Program-made: the position numbers and the translations under genes
Shown: piece after piece, positions 6,429-12,112 of the stretch
Layout: each line of letters opens with the position of its first letter
How positions within the stretch are numbered: position 1 is the first letter of the stretch
NCBI RefSeq assembly: GCF_003231495.1
Contig: NZ_PQWO01000046.1
Location: forward strand, 1 to 16,218
Direction: 5' to 3'
Source: Acaryochloris thomasi RCC1774
GTDB lineage: Bacteria; Cyanobacteriota; Cyanobacteriia; Thermosynechococcales; Thermosynechococcaceae
Length of the DNA stretch: 16,218 nucleotides
The notes under the pieces: model-generated
Seen by the model: the letters and a program-made list of their open reading frames with translations, nothing else
The model's database searches: none
What the model was told of the DNA's origin: nothing

Positions 6429-7630
6429 TGTTTGAATATTCTCCCCTCACATCTGATCAACTCCTTTATGTTGAACCATCAGAGTACATTGGCCAGTCGA
6501 AAACGGTTTGGCGAAATCATCATAATCGAAAACTATTTTTAAGTCTCTGTCTAGTAGCATTTATTACTTTGATTTACCTCGTTTTGCCACATGAAGCGAC
6601 GGCTCAAGGCCCAATTGATGTAATCATTGAAGCCGGTACAGCCGTTCAAGAAGCAGTGTCAGATTCAGTTGAAGATATATGGGAAGATCAGCTTCCATTG
6701 TTTATGACACTTCTTAGCCAACTGTCTGTTGCAATCGCTGTTATTTCAATTATTGTTCTTGGTATGGAGTTGGTGCAAGAGCAAATTGATTGGGGGTATT
6801 TCACTTGGCAACGTGCAGTAATCCCTCTAGTGATGATGGGAGTAATTAGTCAAATAACTTTTATGGCTGATGTTGCCTATGGCCTGAGAAATGAGTTTAA
6901 TCAGCTCAGCACCAACGCCTATGAAACCTTCGGTATCCTGGAAACGATTGGTGAGGCAGGCGATGCTGATGCTTTGCCAAATGTTTTGTCATCAATATTT
7001 GAAGAATGTAATAAAGAAACAGTTGTTGATAGCAGGGCTTGTGCAGAAGATGCAATTGAGCAATCTGAGGCTATTTTAGATATTGAGGAAAGAAACTATC
7101 CTGGTGCGGGATGGATCGCATTTTACCGCAACCGAATTGAGGAATTTTCATCGAATATCTTGGATGATGGATTTAGTCTTTCAACTATTCCTGAAGTGTT
7201 TAGAGATATTAGTTTATCTTTTGTTCAGAACCAAATTACTGGATTATTTCTTTTTATATCTACGGGCCTCCAAGGTGCCATTCAGATACTATTTGAGGTT
7301 GTCCTATTTGTAACTTCATTGTTACTTCCTCTTGCCGTAGCAAGGTCTATTTCAGAAGGCTTTGGACCACTTGTTGCTTGGTTCTTAAAGATGTTTGAAT
7401 TCGCGTTGGTCAAGTTCCTGTACACCATACTTATTGGCATATCTAGTCTGATCTATATCAATGCCGGAGGAATAGGTGGAGGGATATGGTTTACCATGTT
7501 GGTTGGTTTTCTGGCCCCCTTACTTGCTTTTGGGATGCTTGCTGGCGGTGGCCTATCTGTTGTTCAAGGAATTATTGGAGCGGCTGGTTCTGTGGCGGGT
7601 GTTGCCGTGAAGGTTGCGAGGGCTATTTGA
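6425..7630 (+). CDS. Polytopic inner-membrane protein, VirB6/TrbL-like candidate
   Basis: 401 aa with multiple hydrophobic helices on both sides of a central acidic soluble loop of about 120 aa, and a glycine-rich hydrophobic C-terminus. Its position after the TrbJ-like gene fits. Start is GTG 6425 or ATG 6428. Codon usage is strongly A/T-ending, unlike VirB4. Confidence 0.6.
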   Translation: MMFEYSPLTSDQLLYVEPSEYIGQSKTVWRNHHNRKLFLSLCLVAFITLIYLVLPHEATAQGPIDVIIEAGTAVQEAVSDSVEDIWEDQLPLFMTLLSQLSVAIAVISIIVLGMELVQEQIDWGYFTWQRAVIPLVMMGVISQITFMADVAYGLRNEFNQLSTNAYETFGILETIGEAGDADALPNVLSSIFEECNKETVVDSRACAEDAIEQSEAILDIEERNYPGAGWIAFYRNRIEEFSSNILDDGFSLSTIPEVFRDISLSFVQNQITGLFLFISTGLQGAIQILFEVVLFVTSLLLPLAVARSISEGFGPLVAWFLKMFEFALVKFLYTILIGISSLIYINAGGIGGGIWFTMLVGFLAPLLAFGMLAGGGLSVVQGIIGAAGSVAGVAVKVARAI

Positions 7631-8135
7631 TCGTCCAGCCTTTTTCTTTGTCGTAAACAGGTCGAGGAGAGGCGTTGTTGCTCTTCATGATGCTGGGGTG
7701 GTCTGGATTTCGTTTTTCCCATTGACGTCTCTCGCGGTACTCCGACCTGAGCTTCCTGCCTCTGGAACTCCATTCTTTCAATCCTAGGTCATTAGCCACG
7801 ACGGTAGTTCTGATTGCTCTTTTTTCTTTCAAGTACCAGCGCTCAGTAGGGCTACACATGAGATCCCTGACGTAATTCCCTGTGCGCGTAGACATATTTC
7901 TCCGCTCACACTTTTCTTTCAGGGTGATTTTTTCGCTCTTTAAATATCTTAAATCTTTCGTTGACCAAGTGAGATGTCTAGCCTCTGTTGCTGCTGGATA
8001 AACTATAGTGACATATAGGTATAAGAGCACAGATGCTGTTATACCTGGAAATGTGCATAATAGCCGAATAAATGTGAAGTATGTATGCCCGTTAAAGTAC
8101 CCTGCTAAATAGTTGTTTATACCTCGGTTGCTCAT
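7623..8135 (-). CDS. Hypothetical protein: N-terminal hydrophobic anchor plus a strongly basic C-terminal region
   Basis: A strong SD (AAGGAG, reverse complement of 8142-8147) lies 6 nt before the ATG (8135-8133). The hydrophobic segment is YFTFIRLLCTFPGITASVLLYLYVTIVYPAA and the remainder is R/K-rich. It is antisense to the cluster and its 3' end overlaps the VirB6-like gene by 8 nt. Confidence 0.6.
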   Translation of the reverse strand: MSNRGINNYLAGYFNGHTYFTFIRLLCTFPGITASVLLYLYVTIVYPAATEARHLTWSTKDLRYLKSEKITLKEKCERRNMSTRTGNYVRDLMCSPTERWYLKEKRAIRTTVVANDLGLKEWSSRGRKLRSEYRERRQWEKRNPDHPSIMKSNNASPRPVYDKEKGWTIK

Positions 8136-8147
8136 TGGATTCTCCTT

Positions 8148-8188
8148 CTCTCTGCCTTCTCTGATCTATTATTTTTGTATTTGTTCCT
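8148..8188. promoter_or_regulatory. AT-rich core of a 62-bp divergent intergenic region; candidate overlapping divergent promoters
   Basis: Only about 40 bp remain between the two SD sequences (AAGGAG for the minus gene, GGAGG at 8189-8193 for the plus gene). The region contains TATTAT at 8167-8172. No convincing -35 element is present. Confidence 0.3.
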
Positions 8189-8197
8189 GGAGGCTTT

Positions 8198-8797
8198 GTG
8201 CTGAAACGAATTAGCTCTGTATTAGCAATTCTCCCGCTGATGTTTGCGGCCCCAGTAGTGGCTGGCGAGTCTGATCGTTTGCCTAGAACGATGCAGACGT
8301 TTCTTGGGGCGCAGCAACTGGTCTCGGAACAGCGATTTGATGAGGCGCTCCCACTTTATTGGGAGACATTTGAAACGACTCGCGATCCCATGTTGAAACG
8401 ATTGGCGGCAACAGGTGTTCTCCATTTACACCTAACTGCAGGTTTTTATCATAAGCGGTCTCCTGAGAAGGTCATCCCTCATTTGGATGAAGCATTGAAG
8501 CTCAAGCCTGATTTATCTAATGCGTGGCATGACAAAGGCATTGCCCACTGTGAGTTGAAGCAGTATTCCGCATGTGATCAATCTTTAACAATGGCAATTA
8601 AACATTCTCGACCTGAGCATGAGTATTTAATAGTTTGGAAAAGGGCAATGCATAGAGCTGACATGGGTAAACGTAACCTTGCGGCTCAAGACTTTGCACT
8701 GGCTATAAAACAAGCAGTGGCTCAGGGCGAAACCAAGGCTGCACAGGCATTCGCTCTTTCTGCTAGGGCTGAAGGTATTAATATCAATCTTCCGTAG
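8198..8797 (+). CDS. Secreted tetratricopeptide-repeat (TPR) protein
   Basis: GGAGG lies 4 nt before GTG 8198. Signal peptide is MLKRISSVLAILPLMFAAPVVA followed by GE. TPR-like units are present, for example NAWHDKGIAHCELKQYSACDQSLTMAIKHSRPE and LIVWKRAMHRADMGKRNLAAQDFALAIK. Confidence 0.7.
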   Translation: MLKRISSVLAILPLMFAAPVVAGESDRLPRTMQTFLGAQQLVSEQRFDEALPLYWETFETTRDPMLKRLAATGVLHLHLTAGFYHKRSPEKVIPHLDEALKLKPDLSNAWHDKGIAHCELKQYSACDQSLTMAIKHSRPEHEYLIVWKRAMHRADMGKRNLAAQDFALAIKQAVAQGETKAAQAFALSARAEGININLP

Positions 8798-8814
8798 CGC
8801 AAGTTGCCCCTACG

Positions 8815-9309
8815 ATGCACCCGATCGCAATCCCCCAGACAAGCCCAGATCGATACATCTCCTTCAAACATGCGCTGAACCTTCGGTTGCCCGATGAAGA
8901 TACAGGTGAATGGCACTTCCTGAGTGCATTCTTCGACGAAGGGGAATTCACTAGCTCAAGATCAGCCCCTGTCGCTGGAGCTGGTGGCCTGGTCGATACC
9001 ACTCCGTCACTCAGCGATCGCGGCGTTCGAGAAATGTCGTCCATCCTAGCAGCCCAGGAAATTTTGCCTGATGATGGCCCAGTCTACGTCGCCAACCATT
9101 ACCGTGCGATCGCAGATCTATCGATGCTGGAGCTTAAAGATTGCAAAGTACCAACGATCGCAAATAACAGAGCAATTAATGCTTGGCTCGATACCGAAGA
9201 GCAGGTCAATCAGCTCGTCACTGAGTATTTGATTCCATTGCGTTCTCAGCTCAAGAAGACCAATCGGCAGGTTTTTGATCAATGGATAGCAACCGTTCGA
9301 TACGAGTGA
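8815..9309 (+). CDS. Hypothetical cytoplasmic protein (164 aa), no recognised domain
   Basis: Uninterrupted ORF with G/C-ending codon usage typical of the window. It contains two exact and two 7/8 HIP1 octamers. No signal peptide or TM segment. Confidence 0.55.
   Translation: MHPIAIPQTSPDRYISFKHALNLRLPDEDTGEWHFLSAFFDEGEFTSSRSAPVAGAGGLVDTTPSLSDRGVREMSSILAAQEILPDDGPVYVANHYRAIADLSMLELKDCKVPTIANNRAINAWLDTEEQVNQLVTEYLIPLRSQLKKTNRQVFDQWIATVRYE
9014..9021. repeat. HIP1 octamer GCGATCGC
   Basis: Exact match read directly. Confidence 0.9.
9106..9113. repeat. HIP1 octamer GCGATCGC
   Basis: Exact match read directly. Confidence 0.9.
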
Positions 9310-9311
9310 AA

Positions 9312-9776
9312 CTACTTTTCTGGCAAAGATTCACTGTCGAGCGTCTGCTCTGCTGTGTAGGGGCAGTCTGCCGGGAAGGTCTCTAAAGGAAGCCCAGTCT
9401 CATCGGCTGCATCTTCGACGGCATCTTGGTAGCAGATATCGAACTTTGCCGTCAGATGATTCTTGAGTGATGGATAGTTCCGCAGCAATCTTCTAATTTG
9501 CTTTCTGGCTTCTCGGATAGATCCGCTCCAGCTACCAGAGCGTTTATCGGGTTGATACTGCCATTTGAGCAAGTGCATCAGCAGTCGCGTCAGTTGGCTT
9601 TCTAGCGCGTCTCTGTGCCTATTGCCCAAGTCCTCAACCTCTTCAATCAGGTTCTCAATATCTAGCTCACTAAATTTACCCTGCTTCAGTAGCTCTGCAG
9701 TCTGATCTGCCCACTCAACAAAGTCAGTGTTGTAGAGCTGTTGGTGGGGTGTGCTACTTACCTGTGTGCTGGTCAT
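9312..9776 (-). CDS. DUF29 family protein
   Basis: The sequence LYNTDFVEWADQTAELLKQGKFSELDIENLIEEVEDLGNRHRDALESQLTRLLMHLLKWQYQP...SW..SIREARKQIRRLL matches the DUF29 pattern common in cyanobacteria. The start is taken at ATG 9776 (MTSTQV), giving the typical length of about 154 aa; the track start at 9872 adds an implausible Cys/Gly-rich extension. Confidence 0.8.
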   Translation of the reverse strand: MTSTQVSSTPHQQLYNTDFVEWADQTAELLKQGKFSELDIENLIEEVEDLGNRHRDALESQLTRLLMHLLKWQYQPDKRSGSWSGSIREARKQIRRLLRNYPSLKNHLTAKFDICYQDAVEDAADETGLPLETFPADCPYTAEQTLDSESLPEK

Positions 9777-9874
9777 TTCATTACCAGATTCATTTGCTAC
9801 CCCTAATTTGACACACAGGGCTATCAGGCAACCAAAACCAGCCTGATTTCCCACCCAATTACAGCAAATCACCT

Positions 9875-9900
9875 GACTTGCAATAGATAGATAGCAAGTC
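9875..9900. promoter_or_regulatory. 7-bp inverted repeat GACTTGC / GCAAGTC enclosing (ATAG)x3, immediately upstream of the SD of the VirB8-like gene; candidate operator or 5'-UTR hairpin
   Basis: Read directly. (ATAG)3 is at 9883-9894. TAGGAG at 9901-9906 lies 7 nt before GTG 9914. Confidence 0.35.
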
Positions 9901-9913
9901 TAGGAGTTGTGCT

Positions 9914-10726
9914 GTGTTAAAAACCCTAACCCGCCCCAGGCGGACAACAGAACCACCTGAGGAGTCCTCAGAACCACTGCGGAAGTCCCCTGCCACCCGG
10001 CAGGGTAACTTCCATAAGTTTGTAGCTGCTGCCCTAGGCTTACAAATCTTCACAGCCTTGGGTGTGCTGCTGCTGGGGATGGGCTACTTACGCCTATCGA
10101 GCCGCCCTCCAGTGCTGGTGGAGCGGGCCAATGGCGAAGCATTCCAGGCAGAGCAAAAGGGGCCAGACTATCGAGACCCCAAAGCCATCCAAGAGTTTGT
10201 AGAGACCATGTACGGCTCTTTGTATAACTGGTCGAAGGTGACGACGGCCAACGCTGGCTTCAAGGCAGAGACGGGCTACCAGCGGGGCAAGGTGAATATC
10301 CCGCTGCGAATGGCCGCTGCAGAGTTTGGCCTGTCGCCCGAGGGCCAGTTTCGAGCCGGTGTCCTCGACGAGCTAGCGGAGAACTACGGCAGATATGCCC
10401 GCTCGATTCGGGCAGGGGACTTCTCGCAACTGATCAACATTCGGGCCGTGTCGAAGCCCATCCCCCTTGAAGACGGGGGCTGGAAAGTATCCATCGTGTC
10501 AGATTTGGTGATCACCTCCCGCACCGCCAGACCGGAGAATATCGGCCTCAATCAGACGGTGTATATCACCCCAGACCACCGAGATAAGCTGCCGGTGCCC
10601 ACCAATGAGTTTGAGGGGCATCGCAACGAAATCAGAGCCTATGGCCTGCTGATCTACGCCATCCGCGATATCGAAATTGATGACCCTACCGTTGATGAGG
10701 ATCTGAGCTATGACCGAGAAAATTAA
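9914..10726 (+). CDS. Bitopic membrane protein, VirB8/TrbF-like candidate
   Basis: The SD TAGGAG precedes the GTG start. It has a short basic cytoplasmic N-terminus, a single TM (FVAAALGLQIFTALGVLLLGMGYL), and a periplasmic domain of about 200 aa. Size and position immediately before the VirB10-like gene fit. The call rests on architecture only. Confidence 0.5.
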   Translation: MLKTLTRPRRTTEPPEESSEPLRKSPATRQGNFHKFVAAALGLQIFTALGVLLLGMGYLRLSSRPPVLVERANGEAFQAEQKGPDYRDPKAIQEFVETMYGSLYNWSKVTTANAGFKAETGYQRGKVNIPLRMAAAEFGLSPEGQFRAGVLDELAENYGRYARSIRAGDFSQLINIRAVSKPIPLEDGGWKVSIVSDLVITSRTARPENIGLNQTVYITPDHRDKLPVPTNEFEGHRNEIRAYGLLIYAIRDIEIDDPTVDEDLSYDREN

Positions 10727-12107
10727 ATTCTATCCAGGGTCAGAAGCTGAGCTGGATGAGCCAGATGTCGAACAAAGCAGCGGAGAAGGCGTCGATACTT
10801 CCCCTATATCGATCGATATTCCAGACCACTCCAATCATTACGAAGATGAAGAGTCGCTGCTGCCGGAGGACTTTGATGCTGAAGATCTAGAGGTTGAGCA
10901 AGCGCGGACCCAACGGCATCCGATGCAGACGCCTTGGACAAAGATGGCTGTGGTGATGGCCGGTACAGCGGTTGCCTTCGGTCTGTTGATGATGTGGTAC
11001 AACTCAGCCAAAGGCGTCAAGCTCACTAAGGAGGATGAGAAAACCGAACGAATTGAGTTTGTCACTAAAGCAGAGATCAATCAAAACAGCGATCGCATCA
11101 ACAGCGCCGTTCAGAAAGGCAACATCGAGCGGAAGCTGGCCGCAGAACGACTGGCAGAGGAAGAGAAGAAGCGTCAGAAGGCAGAGAAACAAACCTCTAC
11201 CCAGCGTCCCCCCGCTCGTCCGTCAACCGCTAGCCGCTCATCATCGCCTGCTCCCCCGCCCAGAACCTATCGTCCTCCCCCGCCGCGCCCTCGAATAGCC
11301 GCTCGTCCAGCTCCACCCCCACCACGACCCGCTAGTCGTCCAGCCCCAGCCCCTCAATCTGCACCCCGGCCAGCACCAGCTCCGGTCGTCGCCAAAGCTG
11401 AACCCGTGGATCGCTCTCCGGTCTATGGTGGTCAACTGCCTGCGACCCAAGCACCTCCAACGCAGCCAAATCAAGCTGATTTTGAGACTGAGCTGGTGTC
11501 CCAGGAGCCTGAGTTTAACGAGAGCTATGCCGATAATTCGCCCTTGTCTACCCAACAGAGCGCCTTCCTTCAGGGCCAGACCCTAGCCACCATCCCCTCC
11601 GGTACCACGCTCAAGGCAGATATCCAGTCAGAAGCGATCGCCTCCGATAGCGCCACCTTTACTGCCATTACCCGCGAGGAAATTGCGGGAATTCCGAAGG
11701 GAGCCAAAGTCTTGGCGCAGATTGTTCAGCTAGCCCCAGGGGGTTCCTTTGAAGCAGAAGTGATCGCACTCAATGGGGCTGAGATACCCCCTGGTTCAAC
11801 TCGGATTTTGAGGGGCAATGGAAAACTGATGCGGGCCAAAGGCAGTAAGCCCAAAAAGGGCTTCTTCCAAAGTGGCCTAGGCCGGATGATCACCGGCTTT
11901 GCCCAGGATGCCGGAGAGAGCTGGGTCCGAGATCAGGTGGGGGGCAACCGGACGATCAGCAATGGTGCGAGAGATGTGCTGGTGCTGAGCGACCCGACGA
12001 GAACCTCACGGCCCCCTAACCCCAAAGATCCTAGGGAAGCTTCAGTACTCATCCCCACCGGCAGCATTGAGATCACGTTCGAGCAAGACACTCTTATTTC
12101 GAGGTAG
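10710..12107 (+). CDS. VirB10/TrbI-like protein
   Basis: Acidic N-terminus, TM (WTKMAVVMAGTAVAFGLLMMWY), a K/E-rich helix, then a proline-rich spacer (about 11205-11390). The C-terminal domain shows TrbI-like patterns: TIPSGTTLKADIQSEAIASD, IPKGAKVLAQIVQ, and the terminal VLIPTGSIEITFEQD. The gene overlaps the upstream gene by 17 nt. Confidence 0.7.
   Translation: MTEKIKFYPGSEAELDEPDVEQSSGEGVDTSPISIDIPDHSNHYEDEESLLPEDFDAEDLEVEQARTQRHPMQTPWTKMAVVMAGTAVAFGLLMMWYNSAKGVKLTKEDEKTERIEFVTKAEINQNSDRINSAVQKGNIERKLAAERLAEEEKKRQKAEKQTSTQRPPARPSTASRSSSPAPPPRTYRPPPPRPRIAARPAPPPPRPASRPAPAPQSAPRPAPAPVVAKAEPVDRSPVYGGQLPATQAPPTQPNQADFETELVSQEPEFNESYADNSPLSTQQSAFLQGQTLATIPSGTTLKADIQSEAIASDSATFTAITREEIAGIPKGAKVLAQIVQLAPGGSFEAEVIALNGAEIPPGSTRILRGNGKLMRAKGSKPKKGFFQSGLGRMITGFAQDAGESWVRDQVGGNRTISNGARDVLVLSDPTRTSRPPNPKDPREASVLIPTGSIEITFEQDTLISR
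11089..11096. repeat. HIP1 octamer GCGATCGC
   Basis: Exact match read directly. Confidence 0.9.
11634..11641. repeat. HIP1 octamer GCGATCGC
   Basis: Exact match read directly. Confidence 0.9.
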
Positions 12108-12112
12108 AAAGC

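Noticed and set aside
6169-6435. 88-aa ORF in another frame, overlapping the 3' half of 6024-6428
   Set aside because: It has a Cys/Leu-rich product with no start context. The 6024 frame has a plausible hydrophilic N-domain plus TM and is coupled to the next gene through GTGATG. The alternative frame is probably an artefact of the T-rich sequence.
7623-8135. Possible Myb/SANT-like HTH in the antisense basic protein (W-S-T-K-D-L...R-T-G-N-Y-V-R-D-L...E-R-W spacing)
   Set aside because: The resemblance is limited to a few residues, and the central conserved Trp and helix spacing are not convincing by eye. It needs a profile or structure search, so it is reported only as hypothetical.
9808-9813. 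Consensus -35 hexamer TTGACA in the DUF29 / VirB8-like intergenic region
   Set aside because: The hexamer at 17-bp spacing is ACCAAA, and CTATCA is only 7 bp away. The TAGATA copies at 9884-9893 lack a -35 partner. No confident promoter call can be made.
9777-9872. 32-codon N-terminal extension of the DUF29 ORF (MICCNWVGNQAGFGCLIALCVKLGVANESGNE)
   Set aside because: DUF29 proteins are about 150 aa and begin close to the conserved LY.TDF motif. The extension is Cys/Gly-rich and would consume most of the divergent promoter region.
10806-10819. Perfect 14-bp palindrome ATATCGATCGATAT
   Set aside because: It lies inside the VirB10-like coding region (encoding ISIDI) and has no partner sites or positional logic. 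It is probably a chance or HIP1-related GATCGA-type palindrome.
11200-11400. Quasi-periodic DNA (CGTCCAGC / CCAGCCCC motifs) considered as a tandem repeat or CRISPR-like array
   Set aside because: The periodicity is imperfect and is fully explained by in-frame PAPRP-type codons. There is no repeat-spacer organisation anywhere in the window.
11241-11555. Minus-strand ORF (104 aa, W/G/R-rich) opposite the proline-rich tract, and the similar 12718-13083(-) opposite the repeat/coiled-coil region
   Set aside because: These are mirror images of low-complexity coding sequence: CCN codons read as NGG on the opposite strand. There is no independent support for them.
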